This document shows positions 1 through 12,500 of a DNA stretch of 64,000 bases, one piece after another (position 1 is the stretch's first letter; every line of letters begins with the position of its first letter). The position numbers and the translations under genes were made by a program. The notes under the pieces are model-generated. The model saw only the letters and a list, made by a program, of their open reading frames with translations. It was not told the origin of the DNA and ran no database searches. Source of the DNA: Eledone cirrhosa (Eukaryota); assembly GCA_964016885.1 (NCBI GenBank), contig OZ024758.1, positions 35,464,001-35,528,000 of the forward strand, in the 5' to 3' direction.

Positions 1-3000
1 TGAGAATTCATTTAAGTTCATGGTACTAGCTGTCAGAAGTAACTCCACTGTTGGTGAGAATTCATTTAAGTTCATGGTATTAGTTTGTCAGAAGTAACTC
101 CACTGTTGGTGAGAATTCATTTAAGTCATGGTATTAGTTGTCAGAAGTAACTCCAATGTTGGTGAGAATTCATTTAAGTTCATGGTACTAGCTGTCAGAA
201 GTAACTCCACTGTTGGTGAGAATTCATTTAAGTTCATGGTATTAGCTGTCAGAAGTAACTCCACTGTTGGTGAGAATTCATTTAAGTTCATGGTATTAGC
301 TGTCAGAAGTAACTCTACTGTTGGTGAGAATTCATTTAAGTCATGGTATTAGCTGTCAGAAGTAACTCCAATGTTGGTGAGAATTCATTTAAGTTCATGG
401 TATTAGCTGTCAGAAGGAACTCTACTGTTGGTGAGAATTCATTTAAGTTCATGGTATTAGCTGTCAGAAGTAACTCCACTGTTGGTGAGAATTCATTTAA
501 GTTCATGGTACTAGCTGTCAGAAGTAACTCCAATGTTGGTGAGAATTCATTTAAGTTCATGGTATTAGCTGTCAGAAGTAACTCCACTGTTGGTGAGAAT
601 TCATTTAAGTTCATGGTATTAGCTGTCAGAAGTAACTCCACTGTTGGTGAGAATTCATTTAAGTTCATGGTACTAGCTGTCAGAAGTAACTCCACTGTTG
701 GTGAGAATTCATTTAAGTTCATGGTATTAGTTTGTCAGAAGTAACTCCACTGTTGGTGAGAATTCATTTAAGTCATGGTATTAGCTGTCAGAAGTAACTC
801 CAATGTTGGTGAGAATTCATTTAAGTTCATGGTACTAGCTGTCAGAAGTAACTCCACTGTTGGTGAGAATTCATTTAAGTTCATGGTATTAGCTGTCAGA
901 AGTAACTCCACTGTTGGTGAGAATTCATTTAAGTTCATGGTACTAGCTGTCAGAAGTAACTCCACTGTTGGTGAGAATTCATTTAAGTCATGGTATTAGC
1001 TGTCAGAAGTAACTCCAATGTTGGTGAGAATTCATTTAAGTCATGGTACTAGCTGTCAGAAGTAACTCCAATGTTGGTGAGAATTCATTTATGTTCATGG
1101 TATTAGCTGTCAGAAGGAACATCACTGTTGGTTAGAATTCATTTAAGTTCATGGTATTAGCTGTCAGAAGTAACTCCACTGTTGGTGAGAATTCATTTAA
1201 GTTCATGGTACTAGCTGTCAGAAGTAACTCCACTGTTGGTGAGAATTCAGTTAAGTTCATGCTATTAGCTGTCAGAAGGAACACCACTGTTGGTGAGAAT
1301 TCATTTAAGTTCATGGTATTAGCTGTCAGAAGTAACTCCACTGTTGGTGAGAATTCATTTAAGTTCATGGTACTAGCTGTCAGAAGTAACTCCACTGTTG
1401 GTGAGAATTCAGTTAAGTTCATGGTATTAGTTGTCAGAAGTAACTCCACTGTTGGTGAGAATTAATTTAAATCATGGTATTAGTTGTCAGAAGTAACTCC
1501 AATGTTGGTGAGAATTCATTTAAGTTCATGGTACTAGCTGTCAGAAGTAACTCCACTGTTTCTGAGAATTCATTTAAGTTCATGGTACTAGCTGTCAGAA
1601 GTAACTCCACTGTTGGTGAGAATTCATTTAAGTTCATGGTACTAGCTGTCAGAAGTAACTCCACTGTTGGTGAGAATTCATTTAAGTTCATGGTACTAGC
1701 TGTCAGAAGTAACCCCACTGTTGGTGAGAATTCATTTAAGTTCATGGTACTAGCTGTCAGAAGTAACTCCACTGTTGGTGAGAATTCATTTAAGTTCATG
1801 GTACTAGCTGTCAGAAGTAACTCCATTGTTGGTGAGAATTCATTTAAGTTCATGGTATTAGCTGTCAGAAGGAACTCCACTGTTGGTGAGAATTCATTTA
1901 AGTTCATGGTATTAGCTGTCAGAAGTAACTCCACTGTTTCTGAGAATTCATTTAAGTTCATGGTACTAGCTGTCAGAAGTAACTCCACTGTTGGTGAGAA
2001 TTCATTTAAGTTCATGGTACTAGCTGTCAGAAGTAACTCCACTGTTGGTGAGAATTCATTTAAGTTCATGGTACTAGCTGTCAGAAGTAACTCCACTGTT
2101 GGTGAGAATTCATTTAAGTTCATGGTACTAGCTGTCAGAAGTAACTCCATTGTTGGTGAGAATTCATTTAAGTTCATGGTATTAGCTGTCAGAAGGAACT
2201 CCACTGTTGGTGAGAATTCATTTAAGTTCATGGTATTAGCTGTCAGAAGTAACTCCACTGTTGGTGAGAATTCATTTAAGTTCATGGTACTAGTTGTCAG
2301 AAGTAACTCCACTGTTGGTGAGAATTCATTTAAGTTCATGGTATTAGTTGTCAGAAGTAACTCCACTGTTGGTGAGAATTCATTTAAGTCATGGTATTAG
2401 TTGTCAGAAGTAACTCCAATGTTGGTGAGAATTCATTTAAGTTCATGGTACTAGCTGTCAGAAGTAACCCCAATGTTGGTGAGAATTCATTTAAGTTCAT
2501 GGTATTAGCTGTCAGAAGTCACTCCAATGTTGGTGAGAATTCATTTAAGTTCATGGTATTAGCTGTCAGAAGTAACTCCACTGTTGGTGAGAATTCATTT
2601 AAGTTCATGGTATTAGCTGTCAGAAGTAACTCCACTGTTGGTGAGAATTCATTTAAGTTCATGGTATTAGCTGTCAGAAGTAACTCCACTGTTGGTGAGA
2701 ATTCATTTAAGTTCATGGTATTAGCTGTCAGAAGTAACTCCACTGTTGGTGAGAATTCATTTAAGTTCATGGTACTAGCTGTCAGAAGTAACTCCACTGT
2801 TGGTGAGAATTCATTTAAGTTCATGGTATTAGTTGTCAGAATTAACTCCACTGTTGGTGAGAATTCATTTAAGTCATGGTATTAGTTGTCAGAAGTAACT
2901 CCAATGTTGGTGAGAATTCATTTAAGTTGATGGTACTAGCTGTCAGAAGTAACTCCACTGTTGGTGAGAATTCATTTAAGTTCATGGTACTAGCTGTCAG

Positions 3001-3500
3001 AAGGAACGCCACTGTTGGTGAGAATTCATTTAAGTTCATGGTATTAGCTGTCAGAAGTAACTCCACTGTTGGTGAGAATTCATTTAAGTTCATGGTACTA
3101 GCTGTCAGAAGTAACTCCAATGTTGGTGAGAATTCATTTAAGTTCATGGTATTAGCTGTCAGAAGTAACTCCACTGTTGGTGAGAATTCATTTAAGTTCA
3201 TGGTACTAGCTGTCAGAAGTAACTCCAATGTTGGTGAGAATTCATTTAAGTTCATGGTATTAGCTGTCAGAAGGAACTCCACTGTTGGTGAGAATTCATT
3301 TAAGTTCATGGTATTAGCTGTCAGAAGGAACTCCACTGTTGGCGAGAATTCATTTAAGTTCATGGTATTAGCTGTCAGAAGGAACTCCACTGTTGGCGAG
3401 AATTCATTTAAGTTCATGGTATTAGCTGTCAGAAGTAACTCCACTGTTGGTGAGAATTCATTTAAGTTCATGGTACTAGTTGTCAGAAGTAACTCCACTG
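1..3500 (+). repeat. Satellite sub-domain with only short-range (1-7 monomer) duplications
   Basis: Private variants recur at short offsets: TCAGTTAAG at ~1247/1409 (162 bp), GTTTCTGAG at 1558/1936 (378 bp), CTCCATT at 1821/2145 (324 bp) and GGCGAG at 3341/3395 (54 bp). No kb-scale copy of this block is visible in the window. The right boundary is approximate. Confidence 0.65.
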
Positions 3501-6500
3501 TTGGTGAGAATTCATTTAAGTTCATGGTATTAGCTGTCAGAAGTAACTCCACTGTTGGTGAGAATTCATTTAAGTTCATGGTATTAGCTGTCAGAAGTAA
3601 CTCCACTGTTGGTGAGAATTCATTTAAGTTCATGGTACTAGCTGTCAGAAGTAACTCCACTGTTGCTGAGAATTCATTTAAGTTCATGGTATTAGTTTGT
3701 CAGAAGTAACTCCACTGTTGGTGAGAATTCATTTAAGTCATGGTATTAGTTGTCAGAAGTAACTCCAATGTTGGTGAGAATTCATTTAAGTTCATGGTAC
3801 AAGCTGTCAGAAGTAACTCCACTGTTGGTGAGAATTCATTTAAGTTCATGGTATTAGCTGTCAGAAGTAACTCCACTGTTGGTGAGAATTCATTTAAGTC
3901 ATGGTATTAGCTGTCAGAAGTAAATCCAATGTTGGTGAGAATTCATTTAAGTCATGGTACTAGCTGTCAGAAGTAACTCCAATGTTGGTGAGAATTCATT
4001 TAAGTTCATGGTATTAGCTGTCAGAAGTAACTCCACTGTTGGTGAGAATTCATTTAAGTTCATGGTATTAGCTGTCAGAAGTAACTCCACTGTTGGTGAG
4101 AATTCATTTAAGTCATGGTATTAGCTGTCAGAAGTAACTCCAATGTTGGTGAGAATTCATTTAAGTTCATGGTATTAGCTGTCAGAAGTCACTCCACTGT
4201 TGGTGAGAATTCATTTAAGTTCATGGTATTAGCTGTCAGAAGTAACTCCACTGTTGGTGAGAATTCATTTAAGTTCATGGTATTAGCTGTCAAAAGGAAC
4301 TCCAATGTTGGTGAGAATTCATTTAAGTCATTGTACTAGCTGTCAGATGTAACTCCAATGTTGGTGAGAATTCATTTAAGTTCATGGTATTAGCTGTCAG
4401 AAGTAACTCCACTGTTGGTGAGAATTCATTTAAGTTCAAGGTATTAGCTGTCAGAAGGAACTCCAATGTTGGTGAGAATTCATTTAAGTCATGGTACTAG
4501 CTGTCAGAAGTAACTCCACTGTTGGTGAGAATTCATTTAAGTTCATGGTATTAGCTGTCAGAAGGAACTCCACTGTTGCTGAGAATTCATTTAAGTTCAT
4601 GGTATTAGCTGTCAGAAGGAACTCCACTGTTGGTGAGAATTCATTTAAGTTCATGGTACTAGCTGTCAGAAGTAACTCCACTGTTGGTGAGAATTCATTT
4701 AAGTGCATGGTACTAGCTGTCAGAAGTAACTCCAATGTTGGTGAGAATTCATTTAAGTTCATGGTATTAGCTGTCAGAAGGAACTCCACTGTTGCTGAGA
4801 ATTCATTTAAGTTCATGGTATTAGCTGTCAGAAGTAACTCCACTGTTGGTGAGAATTCATTTAGGTTCATGGTACTAGCTGTCAGAAGTAACTCCACTGT
4901 TGGTGAGAATTCATTTAAGTTCATGGTATTAGCTGTCAGAAGTCACTCCAATGTTGGTGAGAATTCATTTAAGTTCATGGTATTAGCTGTCAGAAGTCAC
5001 TCCACTGTTGGTGAGAATTCATTTAAGTTCATGGTATTAGCTGTCAGAAGTAACCCCAATGTTGGTGAGAATTCATTTAAGTTCATGGTATTAGCTGTCA
5101 GAAGTCACTCCAATGTTGGTGAGAATTCATTTAAGTTCATGGTATTAGCTGTCAGAAGTAACTCCACTGTTGGTGAGAATTCATTTAAGTTCATGGTATT
5201 AGTTTGTCAGAAGTAACTCCACTGTTGGTGAGAATTCATTTAATTCATGGTATTAGTTGTCAGAAGTAACTCCAATGTTGGTGAGAATTCATTTAAGTTC
5301 ATGGTATTAGCTGTCAGAAGGAACTCCACTGTTGGTGAGAATTCATTTAAGTTCATGGTATTAGCTGTCAGAAGGAACTCCAATGTTGGTGAGAATTCAT
5401 TTAAGTCATGGTACTAGCTGTCAGAAGTAACTCCACTGTTGGTGAGAATTCATTTAAGTTCATGGTATTAGCTGTCAGAAGGAACGCCACTGTTGGTGAG
5501 AATTCATTTAAGTTCATGGTATTAGCTGTCAGAAGTAACTCCACTGTTGGTGAGAATTCATTTAAGTTCATGGTACTAGCTGTCAGAAGTAACTCCAATG
5601 TTGGTGAGAATTCATTTAAATTCATGGTATTAGCTGTCAGAAGGAACTCCACTGTTGGTGAGAATTCATTTAAGTTCATGGTATTAGCTGTCAGAAGTAA
5701 CTCCACTGTTGGTGAGAATTCATTTAATTCGTCGTATTAGCTGTCAGAAGTAACTCCATTGTTGGTGAGAATTCATTTAAGTCATGGTACTAGCTGTCAG
5801 AAGTAACTCCAATGTTGGTGAGAATTCATTTAAGTCATGGTACTAGCTGTCAGAAGTAACTCCAATGTTGGTGAGAATTCATTTAAGTTCATGGTATTAG
5901 CTGTCAGAAGGAACTCCACTGTTGGTGAGAATTCATTTAAGTTCATGGTATTAGCTGTCAGAAGTAACTCCACTGTTGGTGAGAATTCATTTAAGTTCAT
6001 GGTATTAGCTGTCAGAAGGAACGCCACTGTTGGTGAGAATTCATTTAAGTTCATGGTATTAGTTGTCAGAAGTAACTCCACTGTTGGTGAGAATTCATTT
6101 AAGTTCATGGTACTAGCTGTCAGAAGTAACTCCAATGTTGGTGAGAATTCATTTAAGTTCATGGTATTAGCTGTCAGAAGGAACTCCACTGTTGGTGAGA
6201 ATTCATTTAAGTTCATGGTATTAGCTGTCAGAAGTAACTCCACTGTTGGTGAGAATTCATTTAATACGTGGTATTAGCTGTCAGAAGTAACTCCATTGTT
6301 GGTGAGAATTCATTTAAGTCATGGTACTAGCTGTCAGAAGTAACTCCAATGTTGGTGAGAATTCATTTAAGTCATGGTACTAGCTGTCAGAAGTAACTCC
6401 AATGTTGGTGAGAATTCATTTAAGTTCATGGTATTAGCTGTCAGAAGGAACTCCACTGTTGGTGAGAATTCATTTAAGTTCATGGTATTAGCTGTCAGAA

Positions 6501-9500
6501 GTAACTCCACTGTTGGTGAGAATTCATTTAAGTTCATGGTATTAGCTGTCAGAAGAAACTCCACTGTTGGTGAGAATTCATTTAAGTTCATGGTACTAGC
6601 TGTCAGAAGTAACTCCAATGTTGGTGAGAATTCATTTAAGTTCATGGTATTAGCTGTCAGAAGTAACTCCACTGTTGTTGAGAATTCATTTAAGTCATGG
6701 TATTAGCTGTCAGAAGTAACTCCAATGTTGGTGAGAATTCATTTAAGTTCATGGTATTAGCTGTCAGAAGTAACTCCACTGTTGGTGAGAATTCATTTAA
6801 GTTCATGGTATTAGCTGTCAGAAGTAACTCCACTGTTGGTGAGAATTCATTTAAGTTCATGGTACTAGCTGTCAGAAGTAACTCCACTGTTGGTGAGAAT
6901 TCATTTAAGTTCATGGTATTAGTTTGTCAGAAGTAACTCCACTGTTGGTGAGAATTCATTTAAGTCATGGTATTAGTTGTCAGAAGTAACTCCAATGTTG
7001 GTGAGAATTCATTTAAGTTCATGGTACAAGATGTCAGAAGTAACTCCACTGTTGGTGAGAATTCATTTAAGTTCATGGTATTAGCTGTCAGAAGTAACTC
7101 CACTGTTGGTGAGAATTCATTTAAGTCATGGTATTAGCTGTCAGAAGTAACTCCAATGTTGGTGAGAATTCATTTAAGTCATGGTACTAGCTGTCAGAAG
7201 TAACTCCAATGTTGGTGAGAATTCATTTAAGTTCATGGTATTAGCTGTCAGAAGTAACTCCACTGTTGGTGAGAATTCATTTAAGTTCATGGTATTAGCT
7301 GTCAGAAGTGACTCCACTGTTGGTGAGAATTCATTTAAGTCATGGTATTAGCTGTCAGAAGTAACTCCAATGTTGGTGAGAATTCATTTAAGTTCATGGT
7401 ATTAGCTGTCAGAAGTCACTCCACTGTTGGTGAGAATTCATTTAAGTTCATGGTATTAGCTGTCAGAAGTAACTCCACTGTTGGTGAGAATTCATTTAAG
7501 TTCATGGTATTAGCTGTCAGAAGGAACTCCAATGTTGGTGAGAATTCATTTAAGTCATTGTACTAGCTGTCAGATGTAACTCCAATGTTGGTGAGAATTC
7601 ATTTAATTTCATGGTATTAGCTGTCAGAAGTAACTCCACTGTTGGTGAGAATTCATTTAAGTTCAAGGTATTAGCTGTCAGAAGGAACTCCAATGTTGGT
7701 GAGAATTCATTTAAGTCATGGTACTAGCTGTCAGAAGTAACTCCACTGTTGGTGAGAATTCATTTAAGTTCATGGTATTAGCTGTCAGAAGGAACTCCAC
7801 TGTTGCTGAGAATTCATTTAAGTTCATGGTATTAGCTGTCAGAAGGAACTCCACTGTTGGTGAGAATTCATTTAAGTTCATGGTACTAGCTGTCAGAAGT
7901 AACTCCACTGTTGGTGAGAATTCATTTAAGTGCATGGTACTAGCTGTCAGAAGTAACTCCAATGTTGGTGAGAATTCATTTAAGTTCATGGTATTAGCTG
8001 TCAGAAGGAACTCCACTGTTGCTGAGAATTCATTTAAGTTCATGGTATTAGCTGTCAGAAGTAACTCCACTGTTGGTGAGAATTCATTTAGGTTCATGGT
8101 ACTAGCTGTCAGAAGTAACTCCACTGTTGGTGAGAATTCATTTAAGTTCATGGTATTAGCTGTCAGAAGTCACTCCAATGTTGGTGAGAATTCATTTAAG
8201 TTCATGGTATTAGCTGTCAGAAGTCACTCCACTGTTGGTGAGAATTCATTTAAGTTCATGGTATTAGCTGTCAGAAGTAACCCCAATGTTGGTGAGAATT
8301 CATTTAAGTTCATGGTATTAGCTGTCAGAAGTCACTCCAATGTTGGTGAGAATTCATTTAAGTTCATGGTATTAGCTGTCAGAAGTAACTCCACTGTTGG
8401 TGAGAATTCATTTAAGTTCATGGTATTAGTTTGTCAGAAGTAACTCCACTGTTGGTGAGAATTCATTTAATTCATGGTATTAGTTGTCAGAAGTAACTCC
8501 AATGTTGGTGAGAATTCATTTAAGTTCATGGTATTAGCTGTCAGAAGGAACTCCACTGTTGGTGAGAATTCATTTAAGTTCATGGTATTAGCTGTCAGAA
8601 GGAACTCCAATGTTGGTGAGAATTCATTTAAGTCATGGTACTAGCTGTCAGAAGTAACTCCACTGTTGGTGAGAATTCATTTAAGTTCATGGTATTAGCT
8701 GTCAGAAGGAACGCCACTGTTGGTGAGAATTCATTTAAGTTCATGGTATTAGCTGTCAGAAGTAACTCCACTGTTGGTGAGAATTCATTTAAGTTCATGG
8801 TACTAGCTGTCAGAAGGAACTCCACTGTTGGTGAGAATTCATTTAAGTTCATGGTATTAGCTGTCAGAAGTAACTCCACTGTTGGTGAGAATTCATTTAA
8901 TTCGTCGTATTAGCTGTCAGAAGTAACTCCATTGTTGGTGAGAATTCATTTAAGTCATGGTACTAGCTGTCAGAAGTAACTCCAATGTTGGTGAGAATTC
9001 ATTTAAGTCATGGTACTAGCTGTCAGAAGTAACTCCAATGTTGGTGAGAATTCATTTAAGTTCATGGTATTAGCTGTCAGAAGGAACTCCACTGTTGGTG
9101 AGAATTCATTTAAGTTCATGGTATTAGCTGTCAGAAGTAACTCCACTGTTGGTGAGAATTCATTTAAGTTCATGGTATTAGCTGTCAGAAGGAACGCCAC
9201 TGTTGGTGAGAATTCATTTAAGTTCATGGTATTAGTTGTCAGAAGTAACTCCACTGTTGGTGAGAATTCATTTAAGTTCATGGTACTAGCTGTCAGAAGT
9301 AACTCCAATGTTGGTGAGAATTCATTTAAGTTCATGGTATTAGCTGTCAGAAGGAACTCCACTGTTGGTGAGAATTCATTTAAGTTCATGGTATTAGCTG
9401 TCAGAAGTAACTCCACTGTTGGTGAGAATTCATTTAATACGTGGTATTAGCTGTCAGAAGTAACTCCATTGTTGGTGAGAATTCATTTAAGTCATGGTAC

Positions 9501-12500
9501 TAGCTGTCAGAAGTAACTCCAATGTTGGTGAGAATTCATTTAAGTCATGGTACTAGCTGTCAGAAGTAACTCCAATGTTGGTGAGAATTCATTTAAGTTC
9601 ATGGTATTAGCTGTCAGAAGGAACTCCACTGTTGGTGAGAATTCATTTAAGTTCATGGTATTAGCTGTCAGAAGTAACTCCACTGTTGGTGAGAATTCAT
9701 TTAAGTTCATGGTATTAGCTGTCAGAAGAAACTCCACTGTTGGTGAGAATTCATTTAAGTTCATGGTACTAGCTGTCAGAAGTAACTCCAATGTTGGTGA
9801 GAATTCACTTAAGTTCATGGTATTAGCTGTCAGAAGTAACTCCACTGTTGTTGAGAATTCATTTAAGTCATGGTATTAGCTGTCAGAAGTAACTCCAATG
9901 TTGGTGAGAATTCATTTAAGTTCATGGTATTAGCTGTCAGAAGTAACCCCAATGTTGGTGAGAATTCATTTAAGTTCATGGTATTAGCTGTCAGAAGTCA
10001 CTCCAATGTTGGTGAGAATTCATTTAAGTTCATGGTATTAGCTGTCAGAAGTAACTCCACTGTTGGTGAGAATTCATTTAAGTTCATGGTATTAGTTTGT
10101 CAGAAGTAACTCCACTGTTGGTGAGAATTCATTTAATTCATGGTATTAGTTGTCAGAAGTAACTCCAATGTTGGTGAGAATTCATTTAAGTTCATGGTAT
10201 TAGCTGTCAGAAGGAACTCCACTGTTGGTGAGAATTCATTTAAGTTCATGGTATTAGCTGTCAGAAGGAACTCCAATGTTGGTGAGAATTCATTTAAGTC
10301 ATGGTACTAGCTGTCAGAAGTAACTCCACTGTTGGTGAGAATTCATTTAAGTTCATGGTATTAGCTGTCAGAAGGAACGCCACTGTTGGTGAGAATTCAT
10401 TTAAGTTCATGGTATTAGCTGTCAGAAGTAACTCCACTGTTGGTGAGAATTCATTTAAGTTCATGGTACTAGCTGTCAGAAGTAACTCCAATGTTGGTGA
10501 GAATTCATTTAAATTCATGGTATTAGCTGTCAGAAGGAACTCCACTGTTGGTGAGAATTCATTTAAGTTCATGGTATTAGCTGTCAGAAGTAACTCCACT
10601 GTTGGTGAGAATTCATTTAATTCGTCGTATTAGCTGTCAGAAGTAACTCCATTGTTGGTGAGAATTCATTTAAGTCATGGTACTAGCTGTCAGAAGTAAC
10701 TCCAATGTTGGTGAGAATTCATTTAAGTCATGGTACTAGCTGTCAGAAGTAACTCCAATGTTGGTGAGAATTCATTTAAGTTCATGGTATTAGCTGTCAG
10801 AAGGAACTCCACTGTTGGTGAGAATTCATTTAAGTTCATGGTATTAGCTGTCAGAAGTAACTCCACTGTTGGTGAGAATTCATTTAAGTTCATGGTATTA
10901 GCTGTCAGAAGGAACGCCACTGTTGGTGAGAATTCATTTAAGTTCATGGTATTAGTTGTCAGAAGTAACTCCACTGTTGGTGAGAATTCATTTAAGTTCA
11001 TGGTACTAGCTGTCAGAAGTAACTCCAATGTTGGTGAGAATTCATTTAAGTTCATGGTATTAGCTGTCAGAAGGAACTCCACTGTTGGTGAGAATTCATT
11101 TAAGTTCATGGTATTAGCTGTCAGAAGTAACTCCACTGTTGGTGAGAATTCATTTAATACGTGGTATTAGCTGTCAGAAGTAACTCCATTGTTGGTGAGA
11201 ATTCATTTAAGTCATGGTACTAGCTGTCAGAAGTAACTCCAATGTTGGTGAGAATTCATTTAAGTCATGGTACTAGCTGTCAGAAGTAACTCCAATGTTG
11301 GTGAGAATTCATTTAAGTTCATGGTATTAGCTGTCAGAAGGAACTCCACTGTTGGTGAGAATTCATTTAAGTTCATGGTATTAGCTGTCAGAAGTAACTC
11401 CACTGTTGGTGAGAATTCATTTAAGTTCATGGTATTAGCTGTCAGAAGAAACTCCACTGTTGGTGAGAATTCATTTAAGTTCATGGTACTAGCTGTCAGA
11501 AGTAACTCCAATGTTGGTGAGAATTCATTTAAGTTCATGGTATTAGCTGTCAGAAGTAACTCCACTGTTGTTGAGAATTCATTTAAGTCATGGTATTAGC
11601 TGTCAGAAGTAACTCCAATGTTGGTGAGAATTCATTTAAGTTCATGGTATTAGCTGTCAGAAGTAACTCCACTGTTGGTGAGAATTCATTTAAGTTCATG
11701 GTATTAGCTGTCAGAAGTAACTCCACTGTTGGTGAGAATTCATTTAAGTTCATGGTACTAGCTGTCAGAAGTAACTCCACTGTTGGTGAGAATTCATTTA
11801 AGTTCATGGTATTAGTTTGTCAGAAGTAACTCCACTGTTGGTGAGAATTCATTTAAGTCATGGTATTAGTTGTCAGAAGTAACTCCAATGTTGGTGAGAA
11901 TTCATTTAAGTTCATGGTACAAGCTGTCAGAAGTAACTCCACTGTTGGTGAGAATTCATTTAAGTTCATGGTATTAGCTGTCAGAAGTAACTCCACTGTT
12001 GGTGAGAATTCATTTAAGTCATGGTATTAGCTGTCAGAAGTAACTCCAATGTTGGTGAGAATTCATTTAAGTCATGGTACTAGCTGTCAGAAGTAACTCC
12101 AATGTTGGTGAGAATTCATTTAAGTTCATGGTATTAGCTGTCAGAAGTAACTCCACTGTTGGTGAGAATTCATTTAAGTTCATGGTATTAGCTGTCAGAA
12201 GTGACTCCACTGTTGGTGAGAATTCATTTAAGTCATGGTATTAGCTGTCAGAAGTAACTCCAATGTTGGTGAGAATTCATTTAAGTTCATGGTATTAGCT
12301 GTCAGAAGTCACTCCACTGTTGGTGAGAATTCATTTAAGTTCATGGTATTAGCTGTCAGAAGTAACTCCACTGTTGGTGAGAATTCATTTAAGTTCATGG
12401 TATTAGCTGTCAGAAGGAACTCCAATGTTGGTGAGAATTCATTTAAGTCATTGTACTAGCTGTCAGATGTAACTCCAATGTTGGTGAGAATTCATTTAAG

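Noticed and set aside
148-172. Hairpin or structured RNA from CTCCAA-TG-TTGGTGAG and short palindromes (GAATTC, TTAA, CATG, AGCT, GTAC, CTAG)
   Set aside because: The stem is only about 4 bp with a 2-nt loop and is disrupted in the commoner CCACT allele. I see no tRNA, 5S rRNA, hammerhead or telomeric motif.
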